Below, piece after piece: positions 22,375 to 35,300 of a DNA stretch of 64,000 nucleotides; positions within the stretch are counted from its first letter, which is position 1; each line of letters opens with the position of its first letter. The position numbers were made by a program, and so were the translations under genes. Below the pieces are notes generated by a model, which saw only the letters and a list, made by a program, of their open reading frames with translations, did no database searches and was not told where the DNA came from. The DNA is from Eledone cirrhosa (taxonomy: Eukaryota), in contig OZ024743.1 of the NCBI GenBank assembly GCA_964016885.1, positions 358,484,001 to 358,548,000 of the forward strand. The letters run 5' to 3'.

Positions 22375-23705
22375 TTGTTGTGTTAAGTAACACATGGTCG
22401 TCTGTAAATTCCAGCTGACTGATGTTACACCTGCCAGTCGTGATACTACTTCCAACCAGGCTGCACATGTCAATCCTGTTCATGAAAATAATGAACAAGA
22501 AAGGTGATAGTAAGCACCTTTGGCAGAGTCCGATCTCACATTGAATGGTTTCAATTTAAACACCATTTATCCAAACATAAATACCAGACACCAAGGCAGC
22601 AAGAAGCTGACCATCGATCCCATATTCCTGCAGATCTTTCCACAACAGGTCTCGTGGAATGCAGTCATATGCCTTTTCCAGGTCTACAAAGCAAGAATAC
22701 ACCTTTTGACAGTACTCCCACAATTTCTCAAAGAGCTGCTGCAGTATGAATATTTGGTCAGCTGTGCTGTATCTGGGGTGAAAACCACACTGTTCATCAA
22801 CTAGCTTGGACTTGACAATCTCCTTATATCTCTTTGCCAGACACTTAGCATAGACTTTACTGGGGAGGCTGAACAAGGAGATACCCCTATAATTGAAACA
22901 ATCTCTTTTGAAAATTGGGATTATTACTCCCAACTGCCATTGCCAAGGTGCCTTTTCAAAGATACAAGCTACCCGGAACATACACAAGTCAGCCAGAGAA
23001 TACCTTCTCTATCTAAGGCTTTTAACATCTCAGGCCGGATTTTGAGCTCTGTAATTGCTTATGACCTCAGCCTCCGAGATATTAGTCACCACTCCCAGAT
23101 GCACCACGTGTACATTAGATGATGCTGTTGTGATCTGGTTTAGGAGATCAGCAAAGTATTCTCTCCACCTCACAAGCATACACCTTTCTTAGGAGAGGAG
23201 AAGCCCAAACATGTTCCTGATAGCAGGAAGTTAGCGGATGGTCTACCAGAACACTTTATTTGCTGATCTGAAATCAGATTCCAGCTTAATCCCAAAGTCC
23301 TCCCATGTCTTCATTTTGGCACCTTTACTGTCTCCGCTGTAATTCTTCGGACCTGCTTGTACCACAAGTGCAAGAAGGAGGACTTATTTCCAAGCCAAGC
23401 TTTGCAGGCCTCCTCCTTCTTTGCTCGAATGGCACCTTTGATGACCTCTTGATTGAACCAAGGGGTCCTCCTGCCATCTGGTGTCACACCAAGCCTCTTT
23501 CGCCTGCAGCATTCAACAGCTGAAGCAGAAACTGCTAAGCTGAACAATCTCTACGCTGTCTCAACATCCTTAGTTTGTTCAGGGGGTTCTCTGAATTTGG
23601 ATGCAATAGTATTATATATCTGCTCCTGACTTCCTTATCTACCAATGCTTCCCACTTTATCCTGTAGGTCGCCCTGGACTTGTTAGTTTTGTGGGCTTCT
23701 TTGGC
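22375..23705 (-). mobile_element. RTE/Expander-like LINE fragment
   Basis: TPWFNQEV, WQLGVIIPIFK, NYRGISL, EQCGF, FVDLEKAYD, FIIFMNRI, EFTDD; frameshifted. Confidence 0.85.
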
Positions 23706-23779
23706 TAAAAGTAAAATATGCATCTCAGGGATAGCTATAGGCTGTTATATGCAATTTATTCTATGCAGGGTTAGCCCTA

Positions 23780-25850
23780 CAATGTGCATCTTTTTCTCCG
23801 AGTTATGCACCCCAGTCTACCAAATATAAATTCAACTTCTACACTGCCTACGCTACCAGAGCCTTTACCAACTTGCCCTCTGTGTCCCCCAAGGTCATTC
23901 TCAAACTTGACCTCCAGAACACTTTCAACTCTGTCAGCCGCAATGTCGTCCTCAGCTCAGTAAGAGAGAGGGTCCCATAACTCTACCACTTTACTTGGCA
24001 GGCTTATTAGAAGTGCTCCTACCTCTCTTTTGGTGACCAAATCATCACCTCTGCCTCAGGAGTCCAACAGGGCATCCCACTCAGGCCTGCTGTTTGCACT
24101 GGGCATTGATGACATCACCAAGATGGAGGTTGTGTTGGACCTCAATGTCTCGTATCTCGACAACACTTGTTTGGGGGGACCTCCAGATAAGGTTCTCGCC
24201 ACTGCTAACAAAATGGTTGAGGAGCTTGGCCATCGGGGCCTCCAGGTCAATAGCTCCAATTGTGAGCTCTGGATCCTCAACCACCCGGCTTCTCAACATC
24301 AACAGACAATTGACCTGTTTACAGAGTCCTTCCCTTCCATTGCAGTCCCTCCCCCGCCGCCTTGGTAGTCTTTGGGAGCCCCAATTACAGACCTTGCCTT
24401 CGAATCAATCTTCCAAGCAAAGATGGTTGGCCTTGAGCAGTTGCTGAAGAATATTGAAGCAATTGAACTCCATCAAGGTTTTTCATACTCAGAAACTACA
24501 TTTCGATTCCTAAGCTTCTGTATCTGCTCAGGATCAGCCCTTCTCATGGATTTCCATCCTGCCTACAACGTTTTGATCACCTAATCTTCAAAAGACTCGA
24601 GTGCTTGGGCAATGTCAGACTCTCTCCAGAGTCCCGCGATCAGGCTGTGTTGCCCAAGCGATTTGGGGGTCTTGGTCTTCATAAATGTTCGTCCTTCTCT
24701 CTCCCCTGCTTCCTTTCCTCCACCCTGGTGAGCAACATCCTCTCCTTTCCAACATGGACTAATTCCAACAGGGAGTTGGATGAAGCTCTTCAACAATGGA
24801 GTGAGTTGGGCTTGTCTGTTCCTGAGAAGGTGGACAGTTAAAGTCGGAGAGCTTGGGACAGCATAAGTTCGAAGGCCACCTTCAACTCCCTCTTCGTCCA
24901 GTCGGATCAGTTTTCAAGGTGCCGCTTACTGTCTGCCAGCGCCAAATACTCAAGCGACTGGGTTGATGACCTACCTGTGGCTTCGTTGGTAGCTTACTCA
25001 GCTTGGATGAATTTCATGTTTCCATTGCCTCCAGAGTGGGAGCTGACGTCTGTACGAGTTTGAGGTGTCGATGTGACAAACTCCTCGACTCCACAATCTT
25101 TCTTGCTGCCTGAATGCCGGTTGCTTCACACGTCACACGGAGCTAAACCTTATTCTCAAGAGAGCTCTGGCCCGGGCAAACATCCCCTCAATCTTGGAAC
25201 CATCTGGGTTGTCCAGAAGTGATGGGAAAAGACCTGACGGCCTTACCCTGTGTCCATGGTTGAGAGGCAGATACCTTCTCTGGGATGTCACAGTTAGTGA
25301 CTCTTTTGCTTCTTCGCACATCCTGCATGCTGTGGTTAGGGCGAGAGCCACAGCTTCTGCAGCCGAATGGAACAAAATCTAAATCCTAAAATACCGTGAT
25401 CTGTCAGCCAACTACATTTTCCAGCTTGTGGCATTTGAGACGTTTGGGGGAGTCGGGCTATTGACTGCAAGATTCTTATCTTCACTGGCAGCTCGCCTAA
25501 CAGAGGTAACCAGTGAATCTCGCGAGAGCGCTTGGTTGTTCCAGCGCATCAGCCTCGCCATCACCCTAGGTAATGCTGCGTGCATGCTGGCTTGCCTAAA
25601 AAATCATTAGAGAGGTTTCCCAGTGCTCCTTGCGATACTGTTATCTTTTACTCTGGTAGCAGCTCGGTTGTCCACCCCTTTCGCCTGCCTTTTGTTGTAT
25701 GTGATCCCAGATGTTTTTTTGTTTTGTTTTCTCTTTCTTTTTTTTTCTGTCTTCCCTCTCCCTTTCCTTTATATTATATTTGTTTGTGCTTTCGTTCTGT
25801 AAGCATTGTTTTATTATATCTCTTTTTATACGACAGTGAATAAAATCAGA
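23780..25850 (+). mobile_element. Degenerate CRE-like non-LTR retrotransposon (RT + restriction-like endonuclease)
   Basis: KLDLQNTFNSV, SGVQQG.PL, SYLDNTCLGG, QAVLPKRFGGLG, EPSGLSRSDGKRPDGLTLCPW..G..L.WDVT, AFETFG, FQRISLAI..GNAAC. Pyrimidine-rich 3'UTR ending in AATAAA. Confidence 0.85.
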
Positions 25851-26859
25851 AGAAAATTACTAAGCCTGCATTTTCTGCTAGACATCTCACACTATTCTTC
25901 ACCAAATCATGTTTACAGGTCATAACATAATAAGGCCCTCTCCACCACTTTCGATATTTTTACAATGCTGTTGCTATATGGCAAAGATATTTAGTGTTTT
26001 ATTTATTGATCGAAGGAAATTATCATACATTTAAGACAATTATACAAATTTGTATAAAACTTTACCGTTCAGTAATGCGTTTCTCTGAAACCTCCACTCT
26101 AGGCGGCTTAAAGGCAGCGCCGGTTCTAGTTCATCTATCAATTCAATACAATTGACTCACATCTTACACGGTATCAAATACCGTTAGTCTGAATATACGC
26201 AGTCGGGAAATTTATTTATTTATTATCCAAAAATGCTGTAAACTCTTGACGCCCTGTTCCACATGAAACCGTATCACTTAATGGATTGCTCGAATTCCTA
26301 CCACCATTCTTTTCCTGGTTTTCACAACATCCAAAACATCGACGTAGACATATATATATGGAATTTTAAGCACGGGTCTTGTACATATGCACTTTTCTAA
26401 ATAATGCGGAGGTCTGGAAACAAATTGACTGCGTAAAATGTGGGCCCCACTGTCCATTTATTTTAAGAATGGACTCGTTTCATCCATTTATGACAAATTA
26501 CACCTCTTACTACACAATAATATTCTATATTTTATAAAACTTGATTTTGATATTACTTAGTGATATGGCTTTTATCATTGTCAATCATGGTTTGATTTAA
26601 ATGCTAAAGATAATATTGAAGCAATTTAATTAATTGTGAAGTAAAAAAACACAAGAGATCAAAATAATACTAATATCTAAAGTTATTCGTTATTTTCCGT
26701 AAAATAGTCGTGCAACACGTCGTCGGGACCGATCAGTTTTTGCCATATAGTCGATAAATTTTATAATTAGAATCATAATATAATTTTTTAAAATTATTTT
26801 CGATAGAGAAGTATTATTTTACACAATTAATATTAATATAAATATGGAAGCACTTAAAA

Positions 26860-27005
26860 GATCCCCCGCCATCTATTTTATTGGTAGTTCCTAGAAAATA
26901 ATCATCGACAGCAGTGTCATAAATATCCGGTCCATACATGTAGATGGCGCTTCTTGTTGAGTAACAAACTGCTACAGAAGACGTGATTTAAAATTATAGA
27001 TAACG
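26860..27005 (+). promoter_or_regulatory. Putative promoter and non-coding first exon of the hnRNPU-like gene
   Basis: Two YY1-like motifs (CCGCCATCT about 26866; AGATGGCGC about 26942), locally retained CpGs, and a candidate donor ACG|GTAAAA at 27005/27006. Inference only. Confidence 0.35.
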
Positions 27006-30000
27006 GTAAAAGAAAGACATACTGTGACTACTCATCTTTATATATATATTATAATAATAGGAAAATTAGAAGCACTTCAGTGTGTTTCCTTTATCATTTA
27101 TATACACATCTATATGCATTTGTGAATTTAATTTTCACTCCCGTCTTATATTTCTATTGGTATTTAAAAGCTTTTCTATCTATTTTTTTTTCTGTGATAC
27201 CTTCCATTCGCATTTCTATCTTATGAATACATGTTTACTTTTAATACTTTAGGGATACTCGCGTTTAAACATACATATTCTGTTTCTGGTCGCCTTTGTT
27301 GTTTCTAATCAGGCTTTTTGTTCGTTGTAGAATGTCTATTATTGTAGTTACTAGGTAATCAAATCAACTATTACCAGTTATTATATTATTAATATTTAAC
27401 TAGTTCTGCCTTTAATTATATTTCTATTTGTATTTAATCATTTCTCTCTCCCCTTTTTAAATAAATAAAACATTCTATGACTGCTCAGTATTTAGCTGAG
27501 TTATCGGTCTAATTTTCTGTTTATTCACGCATGTCGTCCATGCAATCGAGATAGCTATACACGCAAATAAACCTTGTACTGTTTTTGTAATTTTTAGATA
27601 CTTTTTTCTATAAACTCCAGTGGCCTGGTTATTTATTTCAAAATATCGAGGAAAAAAAACCCAAAACATTTATCTGATTGAATCTTGTCGTTTAGCTCTA
27701 GTTCAGCAGACCAAATCAAAAAGCATTCAAGTGGTGCCCCCCCCCCCCCGACACTTTTCCCCCAGTGCATCGAAGACTAAGTACTTAAACCTAACGTGTC
27801 TTTTTTTAAAGATGGTAGGGTGTAATATGAGGGGAATTTGGCTGCTATTTCTAACAGGTCGAGCGATCACGTTTAAGTTTCATTGAACGATCTCTCGTGT
27901 TTGTAAATTCAACAATTATTTCTTTCCTGTTGTAATTGTGATATCGAGTTCAGTCAGACAGTTTCATGTCATCACAGAACTTTACAAACTTGTTATTGAT
28001 CTTGGTATTTTTTTTTTTTGTTATTTTTCATGAACATTTTTTCCACTTAAGGTCTCGTGAATTTTTGAACAACTGAGACGTCTCGTAATCAGAATGCTCA
28101 AGTTTTCTTTAAAACAAATCTCTATTTACTTTTCCAAATCCTCGTGAGATTATCAATCATGTTCTATGGTTGGAGGTTTATATATTTTTTAATATTTTGG
28201 GGGAATTAGTTTCGTAAGTTGATGTTTGATTACCAAAATCAATGCCATACTGATTGCATTAGAAAATGTTTGATAAAGCATCATCATTGTCAAGTTCCTA
28301 AACATATTTTGTTGCAGCACCCTTATACTATTGCAAAAATCATGAAACCTATTCCTATATTTTACAGATAGTCTCCTCCACAACTAATCTTAATAAGACA
28401 TTAAATGCAACAACTATTGTTTTAGAGAATTTATCAATAAATAACAAATTTGTATTAAATTTTATCAAATAACTTATCTCGTGCTCCTCCAGAATTCCTT
28501 CGCTTAACATACTGGGAATGTTTATTTCTTAACATTGGACTTTAAACGGAGAAAAATATGTTTATAAACTTTTTTCCATGGTATATATATATTAGAGAAT
28601 GGAAAATACAAGACCATAAACGTTACCCTACTTAATGCAAGTAGAGAAAGTTGAAGATATTATTTTGCTGGGAGTACTCTCGTAAGAGAAACTATACACT
28701 TAACTTCGTTCTGGCAACCAGGTTTCAAAATAAATGGTATTTGCAGACAGATATGACCAAGAAATACTGCATAGAGATAATGCTAAATTACCTGAATGTT
28801 AAAATAATACAATAGCAGAAAGGATAAAAAAGGACAATGCAACAAGCGTTTTAAGGTTGTTTGCAGGTTCCATGACAGCCTTTATCCTCATCATAGGGAC
28901 CTTTTTTTTAGGTAGTGCTTTACAGCTGAATGTCCTTCCTGGTGCCAACCCCTTTAGTAGCCTCTTATGACATACAAGGATATGGTATCCCAATTTAAAA
29001 CTTGCTACACAGTATATTGAAAGGAAAATAGAAAAGCAAATTTTCATTTTGAATAACACCTTTTTTTTGTGTGAAACATTGAACATACAACTCTAGAGCA
29101 GGAATGGTAAAAGTTGGATTGCATTGCAAGAATAACCCTCTGGGTAATGGAATGCCTGACAAGAATTGAATTGTTTATGGAAAGAACATTGAATGAAGAT
29201 AGAAGAAGAACTGTTTGTGATTAGATGTAGATTTTAAAATGTATTAATTTGATAAGGAATTAAATTTATAACTAAACATTAAAGTGAGGGCTCTAAGATT
29301 GACTTTATTTTTAGCATTGTATGTGTTGAGATAATATGGTGACATGAAATGGTATAAGGCATGTACGAAAAATTTTATTTCAAATCCCGCTGAGGTTAGC
29401 TTTGCCTTTCATCCTTACGAGGTCGATAAAATAAACGCACTGGGGGCAATTTAGCTGACTTTCCTCTTCCCTTCGAATTGCTGGCCTTGTGCCAAATGTA
29501 GAAACAATTATTATAGAAAGACAGAGACAGACATGGCTGTGTAGTTAAGTTTGCTTCACAATTATATGGTCTTGGTTTCTATGTGTGCCACCTTGGACAT
29601 GTTTTCTACTATAATCTTTTGCTTACCAATACCATGTCACTGAATGTGGTAGATAAAAACTTTAAGTTCTAAGTATAGAAAGGTAACAGTATATAGTTTA
29701 ACATTAATTAATTGTATTCTACTTTAATAAGCTTCATTAGATATTTAAAGAGAATGATAATGAAGATATTGCAGGATTTCTGAGGTATTAGATAAGCTTT
29801 ATGTTGCAGACGAAAGTCATTGTGATAGTCACAGCAATTTATGTCTTTAATCACAAGTATTTTAAAAGGAAAAGAAATGTATTGATTGCTAAGAAAATTT
29901 AAAGACATCAAGGCAATAAGTGCTGTGTGAAAGAGTGAAAATATTTGGTATTATCAACATCTTAGGATAAAATCCGAGAGATTGACACCAAAATTACTAA

Positions 30001-31928
30001 AACATCAATGACAGTGATTCTCATCTTTTTCACAACCTAGGACACCTTTTGTTTAAATGACTTTTCCTATGGGTGTCTCTTCCTCCCTACAATTACTCCC
30101 TTCTCTGACTTATTCAGGGAGAAATGTTTATACTTAAAAATTGGATGCCCAATAGCATGTATATATGTTTTTAACAAAGTACTTGAAGTTTTGAACAAGA
30201 CTCCAGGCTAGAAACTGCTGATCAATGGCTTGGAAGAATTAGTGAATGGAGGTTTGGGGAAGTGATATGCAGTTATTAATAGAGGATATATTGAGAACTT
30301 TTATGTGGTATGAATTGTAAACAAACATTTTCAAACTTTCCAACAAAAACTGGTTTTCGTTTTCATTATCAGAAAATTATTCAACTTTAGGCAGCTATCA
30401 ACTGTATGCAGGGAACATATTGTGTAGAACTGTTCATTACACTTTGGACAGTACATATATTAAAAAGAAGGAAAAATGCCTTCACCCAAAGTTAAGGTTC
30501 ATTCTCATTATCTATTACTCTCCCAACAATATATGTGCCTCTTACTTTGCAGATTATTGTACGCATCTAATATCTCACTGATTAGACAGTACTAAAACTT
30601 ATTTTTTCTCCAAACTTGTTCCAGCCCCTGCAAATTTTTTTGTCTTGTTTCCCCTTTAACCATTAACTAGCATCAATTCTCTCTAATCTCTTCTCTTTAT
30701 CTAGAAGAGCCTAAAAGTTCTAAATATAGTTCTCACTAAATAAAAATTAGTGATTGAAAAAGTGAATATGTGTTTTGAGGAGAATAAAAAATATTTTTCC
30801 TAACATTGTTTTCTAGGTGGCAAATTGGCAGTGAGATGAGATGGTCTTTAATTCTGGCTTTTTGTATTCTGAATTCAAATTTTGCAGAGGGAGGTCAATA
30901 AAGTACCAGTCTATGCAAGTCTTACTGGTTGTACTTTGATAGGTTTTGAGATTCTGTTTTAGATTTTTTAGTTTCTCTAGTTATAATTGTATCTATCTTG
31001 GTTTGCTTTTTATTTTAATCTGTGCATTAACCTTTTCAGATCTAGATATTTATTTTGACTTTTCACTTTATTTCCCCACAGGAGTATACAGTCCATTGTA
31101 GATTCCTTCATTTTATAATAATGTCCTGCAAATTTTGATCTACTTTTATGCATGATTTTCTCTTTAAGAAAATACAATGTCATTATTCTTTGTTACAGAA
31201 TCGTGAATTAATTCACTTTTTAGCATCAGATGAATATATCATAAATGTACTCTCATGTTTTTCAAGTGACTAGTAATGACATTTACATCATTACTGTAGG
31301 AAAAATAAAATAAGCTGAACATTTAGATATTTGGTTATTTGTATGCATATTTGCCCAAATAATGATACATACTCTAAAAGATAATTTCACATAAACATAT
31401 ACAGAGTTGTTAGAGCATAGGACAAAATGCCATGTGGTATTTTGTTCTGACTTTCTGTACTCCAAGTTCATGCCACTGAGGATAAATTTGCCTTTCATTC
31501 TTTTAGTCGATAAAGTAAAGTACCAGTCCAGGATAGTGGATTGGCTTAATAGAGCATCGGATGAAATGTCTTTCAGTATTTGCTGTAGCCTTTTACTTAC
31601 TGAATTCAAATCCTGTTGTGGCTTACTTGGGTGTTAAACATGATCCATCACCTGGCTTAACACCACTGCTTCGCTCTTGAGTGCTTATAGCAAAATCCAC
31701 ATTGTTTAAAGCATTCAGACCAACTCTAATTTGAGGACACCTTCTTGGAAGCCCAGAAAAAGGTCATGGGCACTTTACACCCCTGCCTTGACTATACAGT
31801 GAAAAAAAAATCCATGCACATGTTAACACATTAGCATCCAAGTTTAAAATTCTATCTGCCATGTATCAACATAAAGAGGCAGTCATCAAACAAAGTAGAT
31901 AGATAATGCATATAGAAATATAACTTCT

Positions 31929-32143
31929 TTAACCCTTTAGCATTTAAACCGGCTGTATTCAGCCAGAATTCTCTCACCTCTTTCTGTTCAATTGGCCATA
32001 ACTAGCCACTCGTACTTATGTTAAGGTATTGTTCTCAAAATAAATAATATCAAAATCTCGTAGATTCGATATTATGTGATGTAAAGCCTTTACCACAAAA
32101 ATACAATAGTATATATAGAGTCATGTAAATGCTAAAGGGTTAA
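31929..32143. mobile_element. piggyBac-type MITE (family 2)
   Basis: TTAA|CCCTTTAGCATTTA ... TAAATGCTAAAGGG|TTAA: perfect 14-bp TIR with TTAA TSD. Second copy at 59213-59415. Confidence 0.85.
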
Positions 32144-32174
32144 TATGATTTCTCATAATACTTCTATTGCAGAC

Positions 32175-32374
32175 ATGAATCAGTATTCTGCATACAGTTT
32201 AATTTCCATGTTAAATGGTAATGAAGCCAACAATAATCGAAATAATAGCCTCAGCTCAGCATATTCTTATTCTGTTGGACAACCTCCTGGCTTAAATTTT
32301 GCCAGGAACAGATTTCAGTTTGAAAATAAGCATGGCTACAATCAACAAAAGATGCCATTTGGCAGTAAAGACCG
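32175..32374 (+). CDS. HNRNPUL1: hnRNPU-like coding exon 1
   Basis: ttgcag acceptor at 32172, ATG at 32175, gtaagt donor; phase matches the next exon. Confidence 0.7.
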
Positions 32375-35300
32375 GTAAGTTATTTTCACTTTTAAAACAA
32401 AATATAAGTATCTTATTTATTAATGGAAAATATATTTCTAGATTGTGGTGTTCCCTGTTACTCTTTCCAGAGTGACTCTTTTAAACATTCCTTAAATTCG
32501 TTGAAACATTTTATATTTGAGAGAGAGAAAGAGTCAAATTAACAAGTATGAAATACAGTTTTAATTGCTGGCTGTTGTTTTTTTTCCTTATGTTAATGTC
32601 CTTGAGAATTACATGAAAATTAAAAGTCCTATTTTCATTTCTTCTGAAATTAGTGGATGTGGTGTTTTTTGGGGGTTTTTTTGAGAAGACAAATAGCTTT
32701 CTGTGTATCTTTTTAAAGTAAAATGCTGATATATATATACTCTGCTTGCGTTTCATGGCTATTTTCCTCTCCAACGCATCGTTTAACCATGCTAGCTGCA
32801 TGAAAGGTTTCCTACTCATGGAGTCTTTTTGGAAGCAATGCTTTATGGCAGATTGCCCTTCCTGGCGCCAACCCTTTTGGTTGCCTCTTACAACACGCAA
32901 GGATATGGTGTACATATTCTAAACCAGATACATACAACTGATAGATATACTCTATACCTGATATAGTAATTTGGTTTTTCGTGTGCTCTTTCAAATCTTA
33001 CTTGAGGCATTTCTGGGAAAATTATCTTGTGAAACGTTAGACTTTTATTTAAGGGATGTTACTGTCTTTTACTTGCTTAACATACTGAACATGTCTTCTT
33101 TTTTTTAACTTCAGTAGGATAAAATTTTAACAAGCAGCTTTAAAACGATGTTTTTTCTGCACAAACTTCTTGTAAACATTAGAAGCATAAGAAAAGTTAA
33201 AAAGGCAGGGGGGAAAAAGGTTAGCTTGATCAAAAATATAAATCAATGGAGAAGGAATAGAATTCTATGAGTTAACGATATACTTTTCTCTGTTGTATGA
33301 ACAAAAGTCACTTGTCAAAAAAAGACAAAGATTTTAGATTTCTCATTTTCACAAATAAGTTGATAATTGTGAACATGTATACATTTTTTATACTTCAGAA
33401 ATTACAATGGACATGGTTGGGGTGTGAAGACTGATCCAGAGCAGGATGTGGAAGAAATCAATGTAGACCATTCTTTTACAGTACTGGACCATTATAACTC
33501 AGATCTTAACATGAACATAGATCCGGATGGGTATGCTTTTCATTGTTTTTTTATTCCCCATATGGTGGGGTTTTGTTTGAAAGGTTAAACGACAATTATT
33601 GTGCATGACATTAATGTTAGCATGGTGCACATCGTAGACAAAGTAGAGTGGACCCTTTTGTCCTGTTATGTATTTGACAACTACTACATTCAGTAAAGTG
33701 TTAATGCTGGTGTCATAATAAAATGCACCAGTACATTCTGTGAAGTTGTACTGATGCCATGATAAAATGCACCCAGTACACTCTGTAAAGTGGTTGACAT
33801 TATGAAGGGCATCCAGCTATTGAAACCATGTCAAATATGGAACATAAGAGTCAAGATGTGGTTCCCTGACAAATCTAGTCTTGGACTGAAACAACCTGTC
33901 CAACCCATGCCAGCATGGAAAGCTGATGTAAGTATAACTAACTTATTCATGTACAAAATATAGATATCTCATTCTTTATAATTATTTATTTTTACATTTC
34001 AATTAGAGAAAAGTTTTGGGTCTTTTTTTTTATATATAATAAGTAAACTTGAATTATTCCAATATGTAAATAATATAAGATTAGAGAGGAACAATAATTT
34101 GTAAGACGAGAAATTGAGAGTTAAAGGGAATGAAACTGGGTTTAGTAAACCACATGACAAGTATTGTTTTATCTAAATACATATGGAAAAGGTGTAGTTA
34201 TGCTAGTTATATATGTAGAAAGTTATTACAAGAAGCTATATGTTTTTTGTAGTTAATGTTGTCTATATAGCTTTAAACCAAGAGGTAACATACATTACTT
34301 AAATTGTGTTTTGTTTTTATCTTCTAGGTATGGTGGAGTTACATTAAATGAACCTGATGGCTTCTGTTTCTGTTGGGCTGGAGCTCGCTCAACTTATGGT
34401 GTAACTCGTGGCAAGGTTCATGACTTTTCATTTTCTTTAGTTCATTGTGAATGGTTTGATTTGAGAGTTTAGCCAATTCAGTTCTATTACAATTTTCTTT
34501 TCTTAAATCCTTTTGTTACCATATTTCTAATGAAAGACGTGCCAAGGTTTTGGAGGGATTTAGTAAAACTAACTTTCTGATTATATAGAATTTTGAGGGA
34601 TTTTGTAAAACTAACTTTCTGATTATTAGGCTGGTGTTTGGAGCTTAACATAAGGGTTCTTTCATAAAATTATGATGGAAGGATTTTTTTTTTTTATATA
34701 AGCACTAAAACATCTTTATAGTGTAGAACCAGGAGTGGTTGCAATTTGATATTAAAAAAAATTGTAGTATTTGAAAGGCCAACTATTGAGCTGAATTATT
34801 TGTTAGATTAATTAGAAATCAAACTCGTGACCTTTCGATCACAAGCTGAATACTGTAACCGCTAAGCCATGCGCTTTTGTAGTCTTTATATACAATATTT
34901 GTGTGGATAGTAAAGACAGGATCAGCTGGACTACTTTCAATACTGCATTGGAATTTCATAATTTCATTTCACAAAGTGTTTACATCAGTGCTGGGTAATA
35001 TATATATATATATATATATTCTGACATACAGTATAGCATTGAAATAAAACACTTAATGCACCTATAATTGGGTTTTTTCCATCATTCTAACTAAATACTC
35101 ATATATTTAATTATTCTACCCTCTCTCTCTCTCTCTTTATATATATTTAAAGCTCCAGCAAAACAAATTATTTTTCTTTCTACTTTTTGTGTGTGTGTGT
35201 AATATTTTCAGGTTTTCTTTGAAGTACACATTACTGAAAATCTTCCTGTAAATTTTGGTGATAACCATAAAGAAACTGATCCACATATAGTAAGAATTGG

